Notes: generated by a model from the sequence alone, not told the origin. Shown: positions 24,187 to 36,741, counted from the stretch's first letter. The stretch is 64,000 bases of DNA from Raja brachyura (GCA_963514005.1 OY740795.1:1488001-1552000); one strand, 5' to 3'. Program-made: numbers and translations.

Positions 24187-25272
24187 GTTAGTATCAGATT
24201 TTGTTGTCTATTTAAAGCTGACGATAAAACTGAAGTGGAAGCCTTTGTCGAACAATGTAGGAGGAAGCAAATTAATTATTTTGCTCATCCATTCTCATCC
24301 TATCTGTCCAGAGCGCTGCTGCTCAAGGAAAAAGCCAGTGAGAATTTATGTGGAAGGAGATAATGGTGGGAGGAGGGGGGGGGGTTCAGAGAGGAAGCAT
24401 CTCGTCTTGATCTGCCTCCATTCTATCCACTGCTTTGTCTAATTCCTGCAGCTCTCTACCACCCCAAATACCTCCCTGCAGATCAGCTGCTGTGCACAGA
24501 GCCACGCCTATTGTACCCGTGCACAGTGTGGTGATTTAACCCTCCTCACTCTTCCTGCGCTTTCCTCTTGTCCATCTGACCTCCTTTCCCATTAAACTTA
24601 AAGTTGTGTCAGAAGGAACTGCAGATGCTGGTTTAAAGCAAAGATAGACAGCAAAAGCTGGAGTAATTCAGCGGGTCAGACAGCATCTCTGGACAAAAGG
24701 AGTAAGCGACGTTTCGGGATGAGGTCCTTCTTCAGACAGAGCCGGTGAAAGGGAAAAGAGAGATATAGACGGTGATATCGAGAGAGATATAGAACTAATG
24801 ATGAAAGATATACAAAAAAGTAATGCAGATAATGGAAACGGGCCATTGTTAGCTGTGGGCGAGGTGAAAACGAGTTACAGACAAAGTAGAGGTGATTCCC
24901 AAACCTCCTGTCAGTAGAAACGGTTGTCTCATCTGTTCCTGCTCACTGGAACCAGTGATGGCCATGCTGTTCCTGTGCCTGCTCCAGCGCACACTGAGAT
25001 CACGGATGGTCTGTACGCCACTTACCCACCTCCACCCTTACCACTGCAGAGTGGCCCACACTGCTGGGGAAGCCTGGGTTCTAACCCAGCCTCCCAATCG
25101 CAGCTCTGACCAGCATCTGACTGTGGGACCCACCGTATCAACACATCACCGGCATATCACCAGCATTGTGGGGAGGGCTGGTACTGGGGCACTTGTCCCA
25201 GATGCTGGGAGAGTGGAATCCTACACTGTGGCTGAAGGAATCATGTAATAACAGGTATTAAATATGTTACAG

Positions 25273-25572
25273 CTCCACAGCTCATCCCCCTTGTTCCATC
25301 CCCGGAGGTTCTCCACAATCAAACAACTGCTGTCCTGGGCTGCATGATATCCGGATTCTTCCCTGACAATATTAAAGTTTCCTGGAACAAATCTGGACGT
25401 AATCAAGCGGGCATTGTTCTCCCATCTACTCGGGGAACTAACGGTAGAGTTGAAACAGTTGCTTACCTGCCGTTGCCTGTGGAGGAATGGACCAACAAAC
25501 AGGAATATACTTGTGAAGTGACCCACGCGCCTTCCGGCTTCAGCGACAGGATCAACATGAGATATCAAGAGG
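25273..25572 (+). CDS. IgW: IgW CH2 exon
   Basis: Acceptor gttacag. (A)PQLIPLVPSPEVLHNQTTAVLGCMISGFFPDNIKVSW...EEWTNKQEYTCEVTHAPSGFSDRINMRYQE. Donor G|gtgagt. Confidence 0.95.
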
Positions 25573-25654
25573 GTGAGTGGTGTCTGTTAATTTACTTACA
25601 GTATTAAACAATCTTACTGACATTTCCAACTAATTCCTGTCCCTGAGATCAGTC

Positions 25655-28072
25655 GATTTTATTTTTGTTGGAAGTAAGTACAATAGTGTGGTACTTGAGT
25701 ACCTAATACATACATACATATTTCCATTCTTGTACAACTTTGTATTTTTGATTTAATAATAAAAGAACAGTGGAAGAAAAAAGAAATAAAGAGCGTGGGA
25801 ATAGATAGACGAGCGAGTAGAGACAGACAGCAACATAAATAAAGGGCAGAGAAGAGAAGCTGAAAAGATTGAGATAGAAGGAGAAAGTAAAGAAAAGAGA
25901 GATTAGGAGAGATCGACCTATTTCGTATTTTTGCCCATCCGTCACCCGGTTCTAAACCATTTAATTTCTGAGGTTATGTTATGTTGCACCATGTGCTTGC
26001 AAAAAGTTGATAAAAGGAGACCAAGTCTTTGAGAATTGGTCTACTTTGCCTAGTAGGAGAAATCTCATTTCTTCAAGATGTAGCGTTTCAGACATGTTTG
26101 AAATCCACATTTTGAATGTCGGCGTGGTTGCGTTTTTCCAAAGTTTGAGTGTAAGTTTTTTTGCTGTCATTAGACCGTAATTAAGAAAAGCTTCTTGGAA
26201 TATAGTTAGTTTAATTCCCTCTTCCATTGATCCAAAGAGAATCAGTTCTGTATTGGGGTTCCATTTTGTGTTAAATAGTTTTGTAAAAATTCCAAAAGTT
26301 TCATTCCAAAATTTATACAGTTTTATACACGAGACAAAGGAATGTGCTATAGTGGCATTTTGAGTTAGACATTTGTCACAGATGGGGGAAACATTTGGGA
26401 ATATTTTATTCAGTCTAGTTTTAGAATAATATAATCTATGTAAAATTTTAATTGAATTAGGTTGTGTCTTACATTAATTGAACATTTATTTACATATAAT
26501 TTTTTTTCCCCATCTATCGTTAGGAATTTTTATCAATAACTCTTGTTCCCAGTCCCTTCTAATTGCCTCTGTCGTTGGCGTTTCTATATTTAAAATTATA
26601 TTATATAAGTAAGATATTAAATTGCTTGATTCTGCCTTTCTATTCATTCCTTCCTCCAATAAATCTGGGGTTAGGGTTTGATATCCTTGTATATATTTCT
26701 TCAAATAATCTTGAATTTGAAGATATTTGAAATATTGATTATTTTTCAAATGATATTTTAGTTGTGATTGTTGGAATGATAAAAGTTTTCCCATATTGTA
26801 CACATCTCCCATTGTTTTAATTCCTAATCTTTCCCAATGGATAAACGTTTTATCAATAATGGATGGTTTGAATGAGGGATTATTAGTTATTGGAGAAAGA
26901 AGCGATAATTTTCTTAATTTTAAAGATAATTTTATTTGATTCCAACTTCGTATTATACTGTGAATAATTCAATTCTTCTTATATATTATATTGTTCAGTT
27001 TCATCGGGGAAAGAAGGATCGCTCCTATATTATAAGGGGAACAATCCTCTTTCTCCATTCTTATCCAATCTACCTGTTGGGCAGAACTGTCCAACCAGTG
27101 GATTATATTTTTTAATATTCACGGCCCAATAGCAATACAATAAGTTAGGGAGTGTCAGTCCCCCTGATTCTTTAGATTTACACAAGTGTTTTTTCTTAAT
27201 TCCATGTGATTTATAATCCCATATGAAGTTTAGAATATCAGAGTCTAATTTTGTAAAGAATTTGTTAGGTAAGTATATTGGTATTGATTGAAATAGGTAC
27301 AGTATTTGTGGTAAGAAGATCATTTTTATCGCGTTTATTCTACCTATTAAGGACATCGGCAGTGTTTTCCAGAATTTAATCAACCCATTTAATTTAGTTA
27401 TTAAAGGCATATAGTTTGCGTTGAGTAATGATTTATATTTCCTAGTCATTTGGATGCCCAAATACTTAAATTTTTCTGTTGCGATTCTAAAGGGGAATTT
27501 CAACAGACGTAGCGGCTCTTGAGGTTTTATCGTCATAATTTCGCTTTTGTTCCAGTTTATTCTATATCCTGAAAAAGAACCAAATTCCTCTATTAAATTT
27601 AGTATATTTGGTATGCTAATTTGTGAATATGTAATATATAATAATATGTCGTCTGCATATAATGAAATTTTATTATTTGAGTGTTTGGTATTGTATCCAT
27701 GAATATTCGGATGACTTCTTATACTTTCTGCTAAAGGCTCTATCACTAGTGCAAATAGCAGAGGTGATAGTGCGCACCCCTGCCTATTGCCTCTTGCCAA
27801 TTGGAATTTCGGGGATAATATATTATTAGTCAGTATTCTAGCCGTTGGCTTATCATATAATAATTTTACCCATGAGATAAAGTTATCTCCCATGTTAAAT
27901 TTTTGCAATACTTTGAATAAATATTGCCATTCTACTTGATCGCAATATTTATTCAAAGTATTGCAAAAATTTAACATGGGAGATAACTTTATCTCATGGG
28001 TAAAATTATTATATGATAAGCCAACGGCTAGAATACTGACTAATAATATATTATCCCCGAAATTCCAATTGG
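25655..28072 (-). mobile_element. 5'-truncated L1/Tx1-clade LINE (AT-rich) with a fold-back at its truncated end
   Basis: RGNRQGCALSPLLFALVIEPLA, LYADDILLY, FKYLGI and GRINAIKM, followed by frameshifted C-terminal segments. Confidence 0.9.
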
Positions 28073-28585
28073 GCGATGTATTATGTTCAGATTTGGCTTT
28101 TGCAATTTAAGCCAATGCTTTCCATCAGTAATTCTAACTCATTCGACAGGGAATGGAGAGAGGAAGGTCACCAGTGTGTTTACTCTCACTCCTCTAGTTG
28201 TCTTTATGTGCAGTGGTAAGAAAAATGGGACAGTGAATAAACCACAGGTCCCATCCGATATCTGGAGAAAATCTCCCTTCCCTTCTCACTGTCTTCATTG
28301 TGTTAGTTTCTCCAAATCCTTCTTTTTCCACTGTTTCCGGAGAGTCTGTTCTGTAGATTTCCCTTTCATTGAAATGTCGGTGCCCTGGATTGTTTTTGAA
28401 CTCATCTCCACCCTGTTTAAAGTGTTGTCTGATCCTGGACAAAGTGAAGCAGTTTATCGTGGTCGGCATAATCTCATGCTGATAAATACTGTGGACACAG
28501 ACTGGGAATATGTGGATCTCCTGTTTCCTCAACACAGGAAGTGAAAATCTCTTAACATTTAAACCAATTAATCTTCCAGTTCCAG

Positions 28586-28713
28586 GTGGAAAATGTCCCG
28601 GCTGTTCGAAGTGTCTGCCGAAGTTCTTCTACCAGAGTAATCTCAATGTGACCTTCTCAGATGGTTCTACCCAGCAGTATCATTGTTGGGCAGGAAAGTG
28701 TGAAATAAAGTAA
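28586..28713 (+). CDS. IgW: Short-form secretory tail exon (Cys-rich), spliced to CH2
   Basis: Acceptor ttccagttccag. (G)GKCPGCSKCLPKFFYQSNLNVTFSDGSTQQYHCWAGKCEIK* matches the recalled skate IgX short-form tail. AATAAA at 28704-28709 and 29036-29041. Confidence 0.93.
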
Positions 28714-31081
28714 TTGGCTGTGTATGGAATTTGTCATTCTATTATTGCAACCCATTTATAAGATTCAAATCCAACCCCTGGTGTCCATTGGGATCAAAGT
28801 GTACCAGAGTGGGGAAAATACCCAATTCAAGCCGCCTCCCTCTCCCCTCCACTCGTTGCCCGTATACTCATTCATTTGCAGACATTGCTGCTTCACATCC
28901 CAGTGCCACTGGCCAGATTTATCCATGCTCAGACTCTAGTCAGCAAGGACCACCCAGAGATTGCAAGGCAGGAGATGTTTAAGGTGAACGATGTGAAATG
29001 TCAAAGTGGCTCAGTAAAAAATTGGGTGACCCTTTAATAAAGGCAAACTGGTGAGGCAAGATCCAGGGCTCTAACCGGTCTCCTGTCCTGTACTGGCTTT
29101 GAGTGGTTAGCTCAAATTGTCACAGATTTATTAACCCACCTTCCGGACACAGACCTCAGTCTAAAGGAGAAACTCAATGAATGGAAGGAATGTTGCAAGG
29201 AATGGACGTGTTTGGTTATAATCATCCAAGGACAAGCAATACAAAACGTCTCTTGTGGAAGATACCAACATTTGACAGCATGGAGAGTATCCATACTCTG
29301 CCAGGTTTCATATGAGGCGATTCCCCCCAACACCGCGCTGGTGGAACTACACGACTGTCACTGATATGGGACGGGATTGAGCATCTTGCAAAACCACATG
29401 TTTAACAATATCACATTGCTGACTAAAACAAGATTCACAAAGCAAGAACAATGCACACTGTTAAACGAGGCGTACAAATTTCTGATGACACTGCAACAAC
29501 TGTCATCCACACTAATATCACGCACATAACTATTTGTGAAAGGAATTTGCTCGCCATTTTGCTTAAGGAAGGAGGGGTTGTGAAATAGGCAACATCGTAC
29601 ATTGACAAATGTTATGTCTCCTGTCAGACAGACACAGTGTACATGACTCTTGTTTAAGAAGGAACTGCAGATGCTGGAAAATCAAAGGTAGACAAAAATG
29701 CCGGAGAAACTCAGCGGGGGAGGCAGCATCTATGGAGCGATGGAAATGGGCGACGTTTCGGGTTGACACCCCTATGACTGCGTTCTACGCAGCTGAAGGC
29801 TTTGATCTCCAGGCTCACTGAAAGTTTCAATTCTGACACAAACATAATCACCCACCACAATAAGTGTTTGAGAGCAAAAACAGCTCATGTGGCCCAAGTG
29901 ACTGAGTGTGTAAACAGTGCACACACGAGAGTGAGCTGAGTGGAACTAGACTCATGATGCTGCTTCAGAAGATAAGTGGCAGTGCAGATCAGTCCGGGGC
30001 AATGAATGAATGAATCATTCCCTTCCTCACCCAATGATTCTGAAGTGAAACGGGAAAATAAATCTAATGCAGAATCTCATCCCAATCTGCAGCAGGAGGA
30101 GGACCTTGACACTTCTAAACATTTATGATTTGCTCTGCTGTCGCTGGAGACTGAGAGTCAGCCACTAATTTATTTCAGATAGTTTCTATCAATTACTGAA
30201 ATGCCTCAAAGTCTTCACTGGAGCACAGTCCCACTAAACGGACACCAGTCTGTAGCCATTTTGCTACAGGTGTGGAGTTGTGTACTGGCCAGAACAGATA
30301 GATGCCACATTCCCTTCCGTGAAGTGCAGCAGTGAACTATCGACATGCGTCACCACCAACGCAAGCGTTTTACGTCAGAATGCATTTATTAATAGAATTG
30401 AAATTCCCAGATCACCGGTTGGAATTTGGAGCTCATGTCACCAGATCGACAATTTCTGGGTTGACATTCACCGTCTCTTCGTTTCAAGGAGGAGAGGTGG
30501 TGGTGGTGGGGGAGGGGAGAGTTTAGGTGCTTGTGAGCAACACTGCAACGTGACACAGCAAGTGGTACAAAGGTGAAAGGAGTGCAGGCTTACGAGTGCC
30601 CAGAGTTGCAAGAATGCCACCTTTACTGAAGGTTGTGTTTGTGGTGAAAGTTTCAGAGATGGTGAGACACATGGTCAGAGTAAGACTGCGATATCAGCAT
30701 GTGACATTTTTAAACTGAGGGCATCCCAGGCTTGGCCCCACAGGGAGAAAAGCTGCTTTTCTCATTCATGTTGCTCAGTATTACTAATCGATGCTGCGGG
30801 GTTCCAAGCAAAACACATATCAAATTGTGCCCCTGTAATGTACCAGCTGATCATGGTGATGGGGAAGAGAGTCAAATCCCAGTTGACGGCTCCTGTGTTC
30901 TGTTATTTTCAGTCAAAACACCCAACCTGCTATTTAACACGGGTCTTTCTGCTATTCTGCTTGTAATAAATCTAGCCAGTGTATCTCTGATCTGCCATGG
31001 ATCAGTCTTTTATGTGATGACATAAACATCTTAAAGTTATTTTATAAGACACCTGTTTGGATTTCTGCCCTGGCTTTCCTT

Positions 31082-31420
31082 AAAGAGCCTGAGCCTGACG
31101 CAATGTTTTTCGGCGACCTGCTGTGACTATGACGGGTGCCGGCAGTCGCTGAAAAAAATTGCGTAAGTGGCTCAGGCTCTTTAAGGAAAGCCAGGGCAGA
31201 AATCCAAACATGTTGAAAATTCAACGGCGACCAGAAAGACGCTACGACTCTTTGGGCAACTGATGAGGCTACTCACGACCATACAGGCGACACCCTGTCG
31301 ACATGTCGCGGGGTGAAGACTGTATGGTCGTTAGTAGTCGCCCAATGAGTCGTACCTTGTTCTGGTCGCCGCTGGATTTTCAACATGTCGTGTAAGTCGT
31401 GTAAGTGGGACAGGCCCTTT
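31082..31420. mobile_element. Harbinger-related MITE remnants directly upstream of CH3
   Basis: Ends in aagtgggacaggccct. The internal segment at 31106-31149 is the reverse-complement homolog of 14112-14155. Confidence 0.6.
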
Positions 31421-31473
31421 AGTACAGATAAGTCTCAACCAAAATTCAGAACTTTTCCATTTCTGATCCACAG

Positions 31474-31776
31474 AATTGTCCGTCTTCATTCAAAACCCTG
31501 GCATGAAAGAGATTTGGATCAACAAGACCGCTACGCTGGTGTGTTCAGTGATCTGTAGTGATCCGAGCCAGGTCCATCTCACCTGGAAGGTGGGAGGAAC
31601 GGGGAGAAGCGGAGGAGTCGTGACCCGTACACCGAGCCATGAAGGCACCCGAAACGCAGTGATCAGTGAACTGCGGACCAGCGTGGAGGAGTGGACCAGC
31701 GGGGTGGAGTTTGTGTGCTTCGCCCAACAATCCCCATCATCCTCACCAGTGTCAGCGCGGACCAACCATAACAAAG
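31474..31776 (+). CDS. IgW: IgW CH3 exon (long form)
   Basis: Acceptor gatccacag. (E)LSVFIQNPGMKEIWINKTATLVCSVICSDPSQVHLTW...EEWTSGVEFVCFAQQSPSSSPVSARTNHNK. Donor G|gtgggc. Confidence 0.92.
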
Positions 31777-31807
31777 GTGGGCAACAGATCAGTGATTAAA
31801 TGGCCAT

Positions 31808-31849
<42 letters not shown>

Positions 31850-31884
31850 AGAGAGGATTTACAAGGATGTTGCCAGGGCTAGAG

Positions 31885-33315
31885 AGCTATGCCACTAAGC
31901 TGGGGGGCAGTGTTAGCTGTGAGGAGGATGCTAGGAGGCTGCAAGGTGACTTGGATAGGTTGGGTGAGTGGGCAAATGCATGGCAGATGCAGTATAATGT
32001 GGATAAATGTGAGGTTATCCACTTTGGTGGCAAAAACCACCAAAAGAACCACTGAAGAAGGGTCTCGACCCGAAGCGTCGCCTATCTCCTTCGCTCCTTA
32101 GATGCTGCTGCACCCGCTGAGTATCTCCAGCTTTTTGTGTAACCCTATTATTTGAATGGTGGCCGATTAGGAAAAGGGGAGATGCAACGAGACCTGGGTG
32201 TCATGGTACACCAGTCATTGAAAGTAGGCATGCAGGTGTAGCAGGCAGTGAAGAAAGCGAATGGTATGTTGGCATTCATAGCAAAAGGATTTGAGTACAG
32301 CAGCAGGGAGGTTCTACTGCAGTTGTACAGGGTCTTGGTGAGACCACACCTGGAGTATTGCGTACAGTTTTGGTCTCCAAATCTGAGGAAAGACATTCTT
32401 GCCATAGACGGATTACAGAGAAGGTTCATCAGACTGATTCCTGGGATGGCAGGACTTTCATATGAAGAAAGACTGGATAGACTCGGCTTGTACTCGCTAG
32501 AATTTAGAAGATTGAGGGGGGATCTTATAGAAACATACAAACTTCTTAAGGGGTTGGACAGGCTAGATGCAGGAAGATTGTTCCCGATGTTGGGGAGGTC
32601 CAGGACAAGGGGTCACAGTTTAAGGATAAGGGGGAACTCTTTTAGGACCGAGATGAGAAAAACATTTTTCACACAGAGAGTGGTGAATCTGTGGAATTCT
32701 CTGCCACAGAAGGTAGTTGAGGCCAGTTCATTGGCTATATTTAACAGGGCGTTAGATGTGGCCCTTGTTGCTAAAGGGATCAGGGGGTATGGAGAGAAGG
32801 CAGGTACGGGATACTGAGTTGGATGATCAGCCGTGATCACATTGAATGGCGGTGCAGGCTTGAAGGGCCGAATGGCCTCTACTCCTGCACCTATTTTCTA
32901 TGTTTCTATTGGGAGAGGTTGAGTGGGCTGGGACTCTACACCTCGGAGCGTAGGAGGATGAGGGAATATCTTATTGAGGTGTATAAAATCATGAGAGAAA
33001 TAGATTGGATAGATGCACAGAGTCTCTTGCCCAGAGTTGGTGAATTGAGTGCCAGAGGACATAGGTTTAAGGTGAAGGGGGAAAGATTGAATAGGAATCT
33101 GAGCGGTGACTTTTTCATGCAAAGGGTGGTGGGTGAATGAAACAAGGTAGTTGAGGCAGGGACTATCATAACATTAAAAAAAACAGACAGGTACATGGAT
33201 AGGACAGGTTTGGAGGGATTTGGATCAAACACGGCAGTGTAGCTGGGACATGTTGGCCGGGGTGGGCAAGATGGGCTGAAGGGCCTGTTTCCACACTGCA
33301 TCACAATGATTCTAT
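31885..33315 (+). mobile_element. CR1 LINE 3' segments with a small nested Penelope terminal fragment (~32050-32145)
   Basis: CR1 ORF2 C-terminus (KKANGMLAFI...RPHLEYCVQFWSP) and 3' UTR. Confidence 0.9.
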
Positions 33316-33349
33316 GAGAGAGTTTAACAGTTATTTTCCTCTATTCCAG

Positions 33350-33667
33350 TTGAGCCAAAGAAACCTGAAGTCAGACTGCTGCTTCCAGCACACGAAGAGA
33401 CCGAGCGTAGCCACAAGGTCACCCTGGAGTGTGTGGTCTCTGGATTCTACCCAGACCTCATCAACGTCACTTGGAGTAAAGACGGTGCCCTGATCTCCAA
33501 CAACACCAGCGCTGCACCAACTGCCCTGGAGCAGGGGGGCACTTTCAGTGCCAGCCACTTCCTGACCACGAGTACCGAGGATTGGAAGTCTGGCTCACGC
33601 TTCAATTGTACAGTGCATCATGGCGCCTCCAACACCATCATCACGAAGGATGTGAAGAACATCCAAG
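33350..33667 (+). CDS. IgW: IgW CH4 exon
   Basis: Acceptor ctattccag. (V)EPKKPEVRLLLPAHEETERSHKVTLECVVSGFYPDLINVTW...EDWKSGSRFNCTVHHGASNTIITKDVKNIQ. Donor G|gtaggc. Confidence 0.94.
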
Positions 33668-34663
33668 GTAGGCTCCTGGGATTCACTCCATTCTCCACAT
33701 TGTAAACTGTGCCACACATGGGCAGCACAGGAACACGGTGCAGTCCTGTTGTGGGCTTGTAAGTGAGTCTGGCCACAGACATATGTGTATCTTTGACATT
33801 GCTTTATTAGCTTGAGGGCAATCCAAGCCAGTCGACAGGCCAGACACGGTGGAGATCCACGATACTCTTCTTCAAAACGGTCTTTCCCGCTGCCTTTGTA
33901 CTTAATGCCAGCGGGTGCCTCAGCTGTGACAGAGTGTCCAGCAGAGCAGCTCTCTCCCCGCCCCAGCGTGGCAACAGTCAGTCTGGGCAATGTGTAGCAG
34001 CCTCTGGGACAGGCCGGTTGCAACACACAACATTCTGACAAAGCAGCAGGAGAGTTTAGTTACACCTCATGGATACAAACTGCTTTCAAACAGTTGTGAC
34101 TAAATGAAAGGACACAAAGCGCTGGAGTAACTCAGCAGGTCAGGCAGCATCCCTGGAGGACATGGGGAGGTGAGGTTTGGGGTCGAGACCCTTCTTCATC
34201 CCACTCTGGACCACTCGCGACTAAATAAAATATTGCCGCTGCTTCTATTTTATAATATAAAGTGAAGAACTTCCCGCTGACTGGTTAGCACGCAACAAAC
34301 GCTTTTCACCGTACCTCGGTACACGTGACAATAAACTAGACTGAACTGAACATTTTGACCTCGAACATTAGCTCGATTTGTCTCTCCACAGAGGGAATTT
34401 TATACATTTGATTCAGTAAATAGCTGGTTCAGTGATCACAAAACTGTCAAATAATGTAAAAGTCAACGTGTTAATTCACATTGTTCAGCAAGGTTTCCTT
34501 GTGGGATCAATAGGAAGCTTCATTCCTACACCAATGTAGATAAATCTCCCTGATGTTGATGGGACCGGCATATCATTCGGTGGAGTTGAGATGAGCACAA
34601 AATGTTTGAGTGACAAGCTGCCCCATCGGGGAACGATGACTTAATAATTGTGATTTCTCCCAG

Positions 34664-34984
34664 ATGAATGTTCAGTTACCCGCCCCTCGGTCTCTTTAAG
34701 CAAACCTTCCTTCGAAGAGATCTGGATCAACAAGACAGCCACCATTCTGTGCAAGGTGGTTCACGGTGATTTAGAGGGATTCAGGGTAACCTGGCAAGTG
34801 AATGGAATGAAGAGAGAAGACGGGGTGACAACTCGTGGCGCAGAGAGGATCGGAGGTGCAGACACCATCACCAGCGGACTGACGGTCCCCGCTGCAGAGT
34901 GGAACAGTGGGGATCTGTACACCTGTGTTGTGGAGGACAAGAGTTTGCCAACACCGGAGAGGAGATCCTTGGAGAAGCCGACAG
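34664..34984 (+). CDS. IgW: IgW CH5 exon
   Basis: Acceptor tttctcccag. (D)ECSVTRPSVSLSKPSFEEIWINKTATILCKVVHGDLEGFRVTW...EWNSGDLYTCVVEDKSLPTPERRSLEKPT. Donor G|gtacgt. Confidence 0.93.
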
Positions 34985-36063
34985 GTACGTGTGGACAGAG
35001 GTTGGTGCCAGTCTGATCTGAGCAAATGGACAGACTTATCACATCCAGCATAGAAAATCATTGCAGGAGTAGGCCATTCAGCCCTTCAATCCTGCACAGA
35101 CATTCAATATGAGCACGGCTGATCATACATATTCAGTACTCGCTTCCTGCATTCTCTCCATATCCCTCGATCCCTTTACTATCCCTTTGCTATATTTAAG
35201 AGGGCGTGCTATATTTAAGAGGGCGTTAGATGTGGCACTTGTGGCTAAAGGGATCAGGGGGTATGGAGAGAAGGCAGGTACGGGATACTGAGTTGGATGA
35301 TCAGCCATGATCACATTGAATGGCGGTGCAGGCTCGAAGGGCCGAATGGCCTACTCCTGCACCTATTTTCTATGTTTCGATGTTTCTATGTTTACCCTAA
35401 GAACTGGATCCAACTCATTCTTGAATATATTGAATAATTGGGCGTCAGTGCTGTCTGTGGCAGATAATGCCCAGGTTCACCACTGTCTGGGTGAAGACAT
35501 TTCTCCCCCTCACACCTACACACCTTCACCTCAGACTGTCATCTCCTGGTCTGGATTCCCCAATATCTGAAACATTCTTCCTCCGCCTCACCTGTTCATA
35601 GAAACATAGAAATAGGTGCAGGAGGAGGCCACTCGGCCCTTCGAGCCAGCACCGCCATTCATGTGATCATGGTTGATTGTCCTCAATCAATAACCCGTGC
35701 CTGCCTTCTCCCCATATCCCTTGATTCCACTAGCCCCTAGAGCTCTATCTAACTCTCTCCAAGTTGCGGCCCCAACACCGAGCCTTGCGGCACTCCACTC
35801 GCCACTGCCTGCCATTCTGAAAAGGACCCCTTCACTCCTACTCTTTGCTTCCTGTCTGCCAACCAATTTTGGTTGGCAGACAGCCCTGTAAAATGCACCA
35901 GAGGCATGATTTATATTCCAGACGTCCCTACAATGAGCAGAAAGGGAAAGCTGAGGTCCCTCAGGATGTAAACAGTGTCCATGTCAGTATAAGATTGGAA
36001 TGTATTGGGTAAGTACAGAAATACCGACAGATTCAGTCTAACTCGGGTTCTCCCTGTTCCCAG

Positions 36064-36449
36064 ATGGAGTTGAGAGTCGACCTCAAGTCTACCTCCTCCC
36101 CCCTTCATTGGATGAGGTGGAGACGGATGAGACGGCCACCTTGACGTGCCTGGTCACCAGATTCTCTCCTGCAGACATCTATGTGGCCTGGATGGCCAAC
36201 GACGCCCTTCTGAAGACGGGGATCGTGAACCAGCCCGTGACCAAGGACACCAGGAATGGGTTGAACACCATGACCAGTCAGTTGAAGGTTTCTCCAGAGG
36301 AGTGGAACAGTGGCACCACCTTCTCCTGTGTTGTGGGGCACGGCTCCATCACAAGCAGCCTGTTCAGAAGCATCAATAAATCTCACAGCAAACCCACCCT
36401 GGTCAATGTCTCACTTGTTCTGACTGATAGCTTTAAATCTTGTGTGTAA
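36064..36449 (+). CDS. IgW: IgW CH6 exon with contiguous IgM-like secretory tailpiece
   Basis: Acceptor tgttcccag. (D)GVESRPQVYLLPPSLDEVETDETATLTCLVTRFSPADIYVAW...EEWNSGTTFSCVVGHG...INKSHSKPTLVNVSLVLTDSFKSCV*, with an NVS sequon and penultimate Cys. Confidence 0.95.
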
Positions 36450-36741
36450 CATGATTCATTTCTCAAACACTTGTTTTGTTCATTTCTGGATTAATTAACT
36501 GACCCAGAGGATGATGGGTTAGCTTCCTAATACATCATCAAAATGTGAACCTTTGTAAATCATTAAAATCATAATTCCACACGAGATACAAATTAAGCCA
36601 CAGCCATGATTCACCACAAATGCCTGCGCTTGTGGATACATTTACAGAACTCTTTCTGCCATGCTTGATCAGATTTCAACCCTGTATGGGATCACACGAG
36701 GTATTAAATCTATGTATGTGTCAATGTACCAATACAAGTTC

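Noticed and set aside
30270-30301. Possible extra secretory mini-exon GVELCTGQNR* after ttttgctacag
   Set aside because: It has only a plausible acceptor, with no tail homology and no nearby AATAAA.
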